Source: a virus
DNA: 64,000 bases
IMG/VR virus record: IMGVR_UViG_3300042378_000602
Strand: one strand, 5' to 3'
The translations under genes were made by a program, and so were the position numbers. A model generated the notes under the pieces. That model saw only the letters and a list, made by a program, of their open reading frames with translations, made no database searches and had not been told where the DNA came from. Shown here in pieces: positions 32,622 to 39,853 of this stretch (position 1 is the stretch's first letter; the number at the start of each line of letters is the position of its first letter).

Positions 32622-33323
32622 TTGAGTGGTATTTTGATTACTACGTTGCCTATTTTCTCTACAATGGAAACAAACAAGACAGATACGTGCAGTACATGCA
32701 AAAAAAGTGGGGAGATAGAAAATAATTATGGGCTGAATATTTCAGAGGAACACAAAACTTTTCTTTGGTTGTGGGCTAAAACCGGCACGTCCCATTTGAA
32801 ACAAAATATGAAATATTTTGGTTTCAATTTTTATATGTTCGATGGCGGTAAAAGAAGTTTTTTATCTAAAGGAATCACTCAGCAACACACTTGTCAATTA
32901 TTTGAAGGGCACCATGATTATAAGATGTTAGCTACGGCTAGAAATCCCTACTCAAGATATGTTTCTTTCTATATAATGGCAAAAAAGGATGAAGCAACAA
33001 TCGAAAATTTTGATGATTTTTTAGAAACACAAATATTTCATCATACAAATTTCGATTGTGTAACTTTTCACGATAGAATCCCTGATTATTTTGTTAGAGT
33101 TGAAAATTTGTTCGAGGACTATTCCAAAATTCCTTTCGTTGTTAAAAGTGATTATTATAAATCAGGACTTTTGGAAGAATTCTGTAATAAAAAAATAAAT
33201 AAATCAAAGTTTGAAGTTGATTGGAAAGATTATTATAATCAATCAATGGCTGATTTAGTTTTTTATAACACTCAAAATTATTTTGAAATCTTAGGTTACG
33301 ATAAAAATTCTTGGAAAAAATAA
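32622..33323 (+). CDS. PAPS-dependent sulfotransferase
   Basis: 5'-PSB-like WLWAKTGTSHL (compare PKSGTTW) and 3'-PB-like ATARNPYSRYVS (R-x-P-x-x-R-x-x-S). Confidence 0.7.
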   Translation: MSGILITTLPIFSTMETNKTDTCSTCKKSGEIENNYGLNISEEHKTFLWLWAKTGTSHLKQNMKYFGFNFYMFDGGKRSFLSKGITQQHTCQLFEGHHDYKMLATARNPYSRYVSFYIMAKKDEATIENFDDFLETQIFHHTNFDCVTFHDRIPDYFVRVENLFEDYSKIPFVVKSDYYKSGLLEEFCNKKINKSKFEVDWKDYYNQSMADLVFYNTQNYFEILGYDKNSWKK

Positions 33324-33329
33324 AAATAT

Positions 33330-33554
33330 ATGAATACTGAAATGGTCAATGGACCGATTCACTACGGTGGTGCGGATAATCCCTATGAGGTGATAAAAGT
33401 TTGTGAAGCGTGGGGTTTAGATAAGGACGCATATTTGTTCAATGTTGTAAAATATATTGCTCGTGCCGGTATCAAAGACCCCTCTAAAGAACTAGAAGAC
33501 CTTAAAAAGGCTCAATTTTATTTAGATAGAAGAATTAAAAATTTGGAAAAATGA
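33330..33554 (+). CDS. small phage-type hypothetical protein (DUF3310-like)
   Basis: PIHYGG...NVVKYIARAGIK...DLKKAQFYLD pattern common in phage genomes. Confidence 0.4.
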   Translation: MNTEMVNGPIHYGGADNPYEVIKVCEAWGLDKDAYLFNVVKYIARAGIKDPSKELEDLKKAQFYLDRRIKNLEK

Positions 33555-33991
33555 TTATTTGGCTAACAGGTCAACCTGGTTCGGGTAAAACAACTATCTG
33601 TGAACAGATTATGTCTATTCACACAGAGTTTTTCCATGTTGATGGGGATGACCTAAGAGATTTATTTGACAATAAAGATTACTCTAAAACAGGTAGAAGA
33701 AAGAATATTGAACTTGCTCAACAAATATCTCAATATCTTCACAACCAGGGAGTTGATGTTTTAGTATCTTTAGTTTCCCCATATAAAGACCAAAGGGATA
33801 GGTTCAAGGAAAAGATGGGGGATGATTTGAGAGAAGTCTACGTTCATACATCAGAAAAAAGAGGTAGAGAACAATTCTTTGTTAAAGAATACAATGAACC
33901 AACAGAAAACTATCTTGAGATTGATACAACCAATGAAAGTATAGTTGAGTCAGCAAAAAAAGTTTTAGATTATGCGAAAAATTCACGTTGA
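33551..33991 (+). CDS. cysC: adenylylsulfate (APS) kinase
   Basis: P-loop IWLTGQPGSGKTT, HVDGDDLRD (compare LDGDNVR), VSLVSPYKDQRDRFKE (compare ISPYRADRD). Confidence 0.8.
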   Translation: MIIWLTGQPGSGKTTICEQIMSIHTEFFHVDGDDLRDLFDNKDYSKTGRRKNIELAQQISQYLHNQGVDVLVSLVSPYKDQRDRFKEKMGDDLREVYVHTSEKRGREQFFVKEYNEPTENYLEIDTTNESIVESAKKVLDYAKNSR

Positions 33992-34373
33992 GGGTGACCC
34001 GAAATTAAAAAATACTGGAGGTAAGCAATATTCTATGTTTGTGGGACGGTTCCAACCATTTCACGGGGGACATCGATGGATTGTGGATGAATGTCTGAAC
34101 GAAGGAAAAAATGTTTTAATTTGTATAAGAGATATTCAACCTGATGATAAAAATCCTTTTAGTGCTCAAGAAGTTGAATCCAATATCAAAAAAGAGTTGT
34201 GGAAATATTTGACCGACGAGAAAGTAAAAGTTATGATTATACCTGATATCGAATCTGTCAATTTTGGTAGAGGTGTTGGTTATGATATAATCGAACACAT
34301 ACCACCTCAAGAGGTTGGGGAGATATCTGCAACAAAAATTAGAGAAGAATTAAAAAAAGAAGGAAAATTATAA
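33972..34373 (+). CDS. cytidylyltransferase-superfamily nucleotidyltransferase (NadM/NMNAT-type HxGH motif)
   Basis: GRFQPFHGGH near the N-terminus, C-terminal ISATKIR; 133 aa. Confidence 0.55.
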   Translation: MRKIHVEGDPKLKNTGGKQYSMFVGRFQPFHGGHRWIVDECLNEGKNVLICIRDIQPDDKNPFSAQEVESNIKKELWKYLTDEKVKVMIIPDIESVNFGRGVGYDIIEHIPPQEVGEISATKIREELKKEGKL

Positions 34374-35227
34374 TGCAAACTAATAAGATATATCAAGGTG
34401 ATTGTATTGAGGTTATGAAAACATTTCCCGAAAATTCAATTGACCTCATAGTAACATCTCCACCCTATGGTGTAGGAATCGATTATGACACTTTTGAAGA
34501 CGACATCCCTTTTGAAGATTATAAATTGTTTTCAACAAACTGGATGACAGAAGCTTTCAGAGTGTTGAAGGAAGATGGGAGAATTGCTTTGAACATTCCA
34601 TATGAAATAAATCGTCAGAGTCAGGGTGGAAGAATTTTCATGGCGTCTGAACTTTGGCGGATAATGCAGATAATTGGATTCAAGTTTTTCGGGATTGTTG
34701 ACCTAAAAGAAAATTCTCCTCATAGGAGTAAAACCACCGCATGGGGTTCTTGGATGTCACCATCCGCACCGTACATTTACAACCCCAAGGAGTGTGTTAT
34801 TTTGGCGTACAAGAAAAACCACATAAAGAAAGTAAAAGGTCAACCAGAGTGGGTAGGAATCCCTGAGGAGGTCACCAACGAAGAGGGAAAGACCCGAACT
34901 AAAATGATGTATACTGAAGAACAGAAAAGAGAGTTCATGGATTTAGTTTACGGGGAGTGGGATTATTTTGCCGACACGAAACAATTGACAAAGGCAACAT
35001 TTTCATTAGATATTCCTTTAAAGGCAATAAAAATTTTAACTTATAAAAATGATTTGGTTCTTGACCCTTTTGCTGGTAGTGGAACAAGTTTGGTTGCTGC
35101 AGTTATTTCCGACCGTAATTGGATTGGTATCGAGCTTAGTGAAAACTACTGTGGAGTCGCTCAAAAACGAGTACAACATTTCATAGATAAAAAAAACCAA
35201 CCTGAACTTGATTTTGAAAAGGGGTAA
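34373..35227 (+). CDS. DNA methyltransferase, beta-class (N6A/N4C)
   Basis: DLIVTSPPYG (motif IV) N-terminal and DPFAGSGTS (motif I) C-terminal. Confidence 0.85.
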   Translation: MQTNKIYQGDCIEVMKTFPENSIDLIVTSPPYGVGIDYDTFEDDIPFEDYKLFSTNWMTEAFRVLKEDGRIALNIPYEINRQSQGGRIFMASELWRIMQIIGFKFFGIVDLKENSPHRSKTTAWGSWMSPSAPYIYNPKECVILAYKKNHIKKVKGQPEWVGIPEEVTNEEGKTRTKMMYTEEQKREFMDLVYGEWDYFADTKQLTKATFSLDIPLKAIKILTYKNDLVLDPFAGSGTSLVAAVISDRNWIGIELSENYCGVAQKRVQHFIDKKNQPELDFEKG

Positions 35228-35241
35228 TACCCCTTTTTTTC
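35219..35241 (+). terminator. intrinsic terminator
   Basis: aagggg-taata-cccctt plus ttttttt immediately after the MTase stop. Confidence 0.6.
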
Positions 35242-35272
35242 TTTTCAGTATATTTATAATTAAATTATTTTG

Positions 35273-35644
35273 ATGACTGAAGAATTGATAAAGAAACTCG
35301 TTCAGATGCAACTTCAATGGAAGTTTTTACATTGGCAAACTTTTGGGGATGCTAAACACAGAGTTTATGGAGAAATTTACGATGGTTTAGGTGACCTGAT
35401 TGATGAGTTTACTGAAACCATGATGGGAAAGTATGGTAGACCTAAGTTTGATGATGAGTTTGCTTTGATGTTTCAAGATATATCAAGTCTCAGTATTCAG
35501 AACTTTGTCGATGGAATAGTTGAATTTTTGGTTTCTATGTCTGAAGAATTGGACCCAAAATACGATACTGACTTGTTGAATATCAGAGATGAGATGCTCG
35601 GATTGATAAATAAATCAAAATTCCTTTTAACACTTAAATACTAA
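35273..35644 (+). CDS. hypothetical protein
   Basis: ATG at 35273 (track used TTG at 35270); TATATTTATA at 35249-35258 upstream. Confidence 0.45.
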   Translation: MTEELIKKLVQMQLQWKFLHWQTFGDAKHRVYGEIYDGLGDLIDEFTETMMGKYGRPKFDDEFALMFQDISSLSIQNFVDGIVEFLVSMSEELDPKYDTDLLNIRDEMLGLINKSKFLLTLKY

Positions 35645-36009
35645 TGAAGAAAATTGTCAGACTTACCGAAACAGATTTGGAAAGAATCGTAACAAGGGTT
35701 ATAAATGAACAAAATGAAACAAGAAGTTTCATTAGAGCAATACAAAGATTTTTAATTGATAAAAAAATTACCGGAGACAATAAAAAACCTCTAACCGTTG
35801 ACGGTAGAACTGATAATAATTTGACCTCTCAAACGGCACAGGCAATATCAAAATACCAATCTATGATAGGAGTTTATCCTGCGGATGGAGTTTGGGAAAT
35901 AAATACTTGGGAGAAAATGCCGAAGGAAGACCAAAAAAAGTTAAAAAAACTGATGGCTGAAGAAGGTGACATTTTCGATAAATTCTTACATTGGATGGGT
36001 TGGGATTGA
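35644..36009 (+). CDS. putative peptidoglycan-binding domain protein
   Basis: LTVDGRTDNNLTSQTAQAISKYQSMIGVYPADGV resembles PG_binding_1 (L..DG.FG..T..AV..FQ...GL..DG). Confidence 0.4.
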   Translation: MKKIVRLTETDLERIVTRVINEQNETRSFIRAIQRFLIDKKITGDNKKPLTVDGRTDNNLTSQTAQAISKYQSMIGVYPADGVWEINTWEKMPKEDQKKLKKLMAEEGDIFDKFLHWMGWD

Positions 36010-37403
36010 TGAAAAAAATTTTAAAAGAAACAGGTATAAGAGACATTTCGGCTTTGAGGAAGAGATATCCCAAAGCCGAAATTTATTTTCACCAAGACTT
36101 AGACGGTGTCACTACCGCTATAGCGATGAAAAAATATCTTGAGGACAATGGGATTGAAGTTGTTGGTGCACATATAATTCAATATGGTGACAAAGAGTTT
36201 GCTGTAAAAAAAAATGATGCCGAAGGTGACACGATGCCTGTGCTAGTCGATTTTGCTCACGGGAAGCCGATGTTTAAAATTCACACGGACCACCACGATA
36301 AACAAGTTGGTGCTGAAAAAGAAACATCCAAATCATTTAGACAAGCTCGTTCTAACGTTGAAACAATATCTCAAATTGTTTCACCTAAAGATTTATTTCC
36401 ATCTTCAGACATACGTCTGATAAGCACTGTTGATTCTGCAGATTTCGCTAGAAATGAAATTACTCCCGAGGATGTAATAAATTACATTTTTAGATTTGAT
36501 AAAGAGAAACCTCTACAAAAGAACAAAATGCTTTTGGGATTGGTTATAAATAAACTTATTTTAGCCTTCAAGAACAGACGTGGGTTTATGGAAAATCTTG
36601 TAATGGATTCTGAGCCATCTCTGCTTTCGATTCTCACGAACATAAGAAAGTGGATGAAAGAAACAGGGGCTGAACAACCCGAAAAATTACAATCCCATTC
36701 TCAAGATTATTCACAAAGAATGAAATCTTATCATGGTTTGGAAGTAGATGGGAGTATTTTAACTCAGTACGGTGGTGGGGATATGAGGAAAGCAGGTTCC
36801 TATGACAGATACACCCCTTTCAAGAACAATCCTGATGCGGATTTTTTGATTATGATTTGGCCTATGGGATTGTTACAAGTTTCGTGTAATCCATTCAAAA
36901 AAGATAGAGAACTCAAAGGTGTGAATCTCGGTGAAATTGCACAAGAGGTTTTATCAAAATGGAAAGATAAATTACAATCAAGGGTAATACCCTTATCAAC
37001 AATCAAATGGATTAGTGAAACTTCGGTGAACCCTGAAAGTGTAGGTTTCACATTTAAAGATTTTGATGCTCTTTATGGTGGTAAAATTCAATATATGCAA
37101 GGTGGTAAAGAAATTTTGTCACAAATAAAGGAAATGATGAACAAACCTTTTGTTAAACTTACGGATGAAGAAAAAAATATTTTAGACAAATTAGGAATCA
37201 ATGCTTGGGAACTACTTCAGTCCATGTCAGGTGGACATAAATGTATTACAAACATAAGTGGTTTAAATTATTTAGGTAGAAGTAAGAGACCGCCTCAAGG
37301 GAACTATAGATGGGACCCTGAAAAGGAAGATGCTCCATACATTAAATTTCTTAAAATGTTAGCATCAGAATTCAAAAAAACATTGAAATCCAAAATTCAC
37401 TAA
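35991..37403 (+). CDS. DHH-family phosphoesterase (NrnA / pAp-phosphatase-like)
   Basis: motif I HQDLDGVTTA, motif II PVLVDFAHG, motif III KIHTDHHD. Confidence 0.6.
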   Translation: MDGLGLMKKILKETGIRDISALRKRYPKAEIYFHQDLDGVTTAIAMKKYLEDNGIEVVGAHIIQYGDKEFAVKKNDAEGDTMPVLVDFAHGKPMFKIHTDHHDKQVGAEKETSKSFRQARSNVETISQIVSPKDLFPSSDIRLISTVDSADFARNEITPEDVINYIFRFDKEKPLQKNKMLLGLVINKLILAFKNRRGFMENLVMDSEPSLLSILTNIRKWMKETGAEQPEKLQSHSQDYSQRMKSYHGLEVDGSILTQYGGGDMRKAGSYDRYTPFKNNPDADFLIMIWPMGLLQVSCNPFKKDRELKGVNLGEIAQEVLSKWKDKLQSRVIPLSTIKWISETSVNPESVGFTFKDFDALYGGKIQYMQGGKEILSQIKEMMNKPFVKLTDEEKNILDKLGINAWELLQSMSGGHKCITNISGLNYLGRSKRPPQGNYRWDPEKEDAPYIKFLKMLASEFKKTLKSKIH

Positions 37404-37438
37404 AATGGTTAGAATTTCTGACTAAAATCTTCAAAAGA

Positions 37439-37789
37439 TTATCTTATTACATAATCCACCCTATCACCTTCATTGATATCTAAATCCCAACAGGTCCCAC
37501 CCTGAACCTCGAACACAACATTTCCAGGACCACAATAAGACATACAATCATCCTCTTCACAAGGAGGACAATCGTGATGAATTTTTGTTATAATATTATC
37601 TTTGATTATTATAATATCCAAATCAATAATACAATTTTTCATCCAAAAACATTGTTCCTTTCCACCCATAAGAAATAACAATCCCTGAAAATCATCATCA
37701 AATACTTTTCCCATCATCCCTTTCATTTGAGATTTTTTATCCAACAAAACCTTTGATTTAAATTCGTTATTTTTTATCTTTACAATCAT
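37439..37789 (-). CDS. hypothetical Cys-rich protein
   Basis: minus-strand ORF with CPPCEEDDC and HHDC motifs. Confidence 0.4.
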   Translation of the reverse strand: MIVKIKNNEFKSKVLLDKKSQMKGMMGKVFDDDFQGLLFLMGGKEQCFWMKNCIIDLDIIIIKDNIITKIHHDCPPCEEDDCMSYCGPGNVVFEVQGGTCWDLDINEGDRVDYVIR

Positions 37790-37803
37790 ATTTAATAAAT
37801 ACT

Positions 37804-38214
37804 ATGAAAAAAAGTTATGCGGGTGTAGTGGTAAAACACAAAAAGAAAATTTTATTTTGTAAAAGAAGTTCTAAAGTAGATTATCCAGGTGTTTGGTCAA
37901 TTCCTGGAGGTACAATGGAGGAAGGCGAGTCTCCCATCCAAACAGCACGTAGAGAGTTTTTTGAAGAAATGGCTGTTGACATAGATAGTGAAACATTGAA
38001 CAAAGTTGGTGTAATTCCAAGATATTCGAGAGACGGTAAGAAGTTGAAGGGTCAGATGCATGTCTTTGAGACAGAACCAATTGAAAAACTCATTCCTGAT
38101 TTATCAATTGCGATTGACGGTGAAGAACATACTGAATGTGGTTATTATACTCTCGAAGAAATGCCACCTTCCAAAATTGGAGAGAACCTATACAATCTTT
38201 TAAAAAATATGTGA
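37804..38214 (+). CDS. Nudix hydrolase
   Basis: Nudix box GGTMEEGESPIQTARREFFEEMAV (GG-x5-E-x7-REuxEExGu). Confidence 0.85.
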   Translation: MKKSYAGVVVKHKKKILFCKRSSKVDYPGVWSIPGGTMEEGESPIQTARREFFEEMAVDIDSETLNKVGVIPRYSRDGKKLKGQMHVFETEPIEKLIPDLSIAIDGEEHTECGYYTLEEMPPSKIGENLYNLLKNM

Positions 38215-38488
38215 TATGATTTGGTATATGATTGTTGGTTTAGTTTTCACAGGTATTGTAATTTGGTTTGAGTTACGTGAAGAAAAAGAAAAAAATCTTT
38301 GAAAAAATATTTTCACCAAAGGTTACTTTTTTCACTTTTCGGTATATTTATATGTTCTTACCCGAAAGGGTGAACATCCCCACAGATTCAAGTTTTCAAC
38401 CGAGAGGTTGGTAAAAAAACCTGAATCATACGAGACAGAAAAAGTCTCAAAAAAAGTCCCACAAGTTTGGTGTTTCAAAAAAATGTCT

Positions 38489-38496
38489 TATCTTTG
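38489..38496 (+). promoter_or_regulatory. Bacteroidetes-type promoter (-7 TATCTTTG, -33 TTG at 38467-38469)
   Basis: TAnnTTTG with about 20-nt spacer; roughly 100 nt upstream of the tRNA-like element; 3' arm of the 10-bp inverted repeat 38455-38464/38494-38503 overlaps it. Confidence 0.5.
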
Positions 38497-38599
38497 TGGG
38501 ACTTTATTATCAAAAGAAGTTCTTTAACATATTTCTACTCAAGGTTCAACCAGAGCATGACTTGGATGGTGACACGGGGACTTGAGTAGTTTTATTATA

Positions 38600-38672
38600 G
38601 GGCGAGCGGGAGGTAAGGTATCTCATTGGTCTCATAAGCCAATTGAACTTGGTTCAATTCCAAGGCGTCGCA
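38600..38672 (+). tRNA. tRNA-Met(CAU)-like element with imperfect acceptor stem (possible pseudo-tRNA or tRNA-like domain)
   Basis: T-arm cttgg-ttcaatt-ccaag; anticodon arm ttggt-cTCATaa-gccaa (U33, CAT, A37); 5-nt variable loop; G18G19 in D-loop; acceptor pairs only 4-6 bp (gcga(g)cg vs gcgtcgc). Confidence 0.4.
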
Positions 38673-38679
38673 ACAATAC

Positions 38680-39820
38680 AGGTGAAGACTGTGGTGGAAC
38701 CCCACGGTATATGAATCCCAAAGACGCCGTCTTGATTCGCGGTATCAGAGCGGGGAGGGTATAGTTACTATAAGTCAGGAGTAATTAACCAACGACGAAA
38801 ATGTAACCACCAATGTAGGAATATGTTGGTCATGATGTACAAAAGGGTACAAAAAGCCTGTAAATTTTTTATAAAAAACTCTTATAAAATTTGACAGTCT
38901 GAAAATGACTTCTTATCTTTGTAAGACAATTGAGGGAAATCGTTTCCGAATGTTCGGAGTAAAGATATTTCGGTTTCCTTCAATCTTTGATAGTTCTTTG
39001 ATTCAAGATATTGGCCGCCTATGGTCGTTAAATAAACTACGAAAGTAGTATAAAGTAGGAACCCCTGGTTTGGTGGTTCCCGCGGTTTCCAAAAGGGAGC
39101 TCGAGTAGGCAAGCAGGATATCACAACACCTTTAGTACCGAGGGTAACACTGTAGGGAACGTGGTGTGGTGACCAAGCGATTCGGGTCGTTTGGTTGAGG
39201 TCGGAAGACCAACAAGAATCACCTGTAGAATCGATGTAAGAAGTGGTAGTATCCACTGTCACAATTGCGTCATTCAATATCAAAGTTGACTTAAAAACCG
39301 AAAGGTAAGTTTTATTACAGGTGGTGCTGATAGAACCTTAGCAAATGCTCTACCAAGAGGTCTGTTATGAAGTTGACTCGAAGTATGGAGGTGGGGACAC
39401 TTCAGAGGGTAGTTTAGTATCGGGTCGTTCAAAAGATGACTTGGCTTCAGACGGGCCACTACCTTCATAATCCGTAAACCAACTTTGGTCTATGCAATGT
39501 CCAAAACATTAATTAAATCAAGGAAAAGTGCTCGTCAGTTGTGTGTGACAGGTCACTACATAGTAATGAGATGTTCATTGCCGTGAAGGGTCCCAAGCCC
39601 GACACGATTTTCACGAAAGTTCTCTAATCCCGCAAGGATGAATTGGCTCGGCAGGGTCGAAGAGTGATGAGTAATGGGAGAGTTGCAGACAACTTCAGGA
39701 TTGGTTAATCTAATTGACCGTGACTGAGAGTTACTTCTCAAAAGGAAGTGGAAACAGAGGGAACCAAATAATCCTCCTAAAGACTCTTGTCAAGACTTGT
39801 ATTCTCAGAGTTTTCGCCTA
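38680..39820 (+). ncRNA. large GC-enriched structured non-coding region (candidate ornate large ncRNA, GOLLD/ROOL-like, or unknown ribozyme/intron-like RNA)
   Basis: about 1.1 kb with no credible ORF; GC clearly above the window average; many local hairpins with GNRA-like loops (for example ggtcGGAAgacc); internal promoter at 38914; strong terminator at 39821-39852; next to the tRNA-like element. Confidence 0.4.
38914..38921 (+). promoter_or_regulatory. Bacteroidetes-type promoter (-7 TATCTTTG, -33 TTGACA at 38891-38896) inside the non-coding region
   Basis: TAnnTTTG with 20-nt spacer to TTGACA. Confidence 0.45.
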
Positions 39821-39852
39821 ACCCTGACCGTCTCTACGGTTGGGGTTTTTTA
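39821..39852 (+). terminator. intrinsic terminator (10-bp stem with G-U pairs plus U-tract)
   Basis: accctgaccg-tctcta-cggttggggt plus tttttt; ends the non-coding transcript, abuts the stop of minus-strand gene 39854-41062. Confidence 0.6.
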
Positions 39853-39853
39853 T

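Noticed and set aside
38882-39741. Minus-strand ORFs 38882-39283, 39280-39468 and 39556-39741 inside the GC-rich region
   Set aside because: They have no promoter or start context, an implausible amino-acid composition, and lie within a region bounded by a plus-strand promoter and terminator. The region is treated as non-coding RNA instead.
38230-39852. rRNA fragment, tmRNA or RNase P RNA
   Set aside because: No recognisable 16S/23S conserved blocks, no tmRNA tag-ORF plus tRNA-Ala-like acceptor pair, and no RNase P P4 consensus by eye. The region is left as an unclassified structured RNA.
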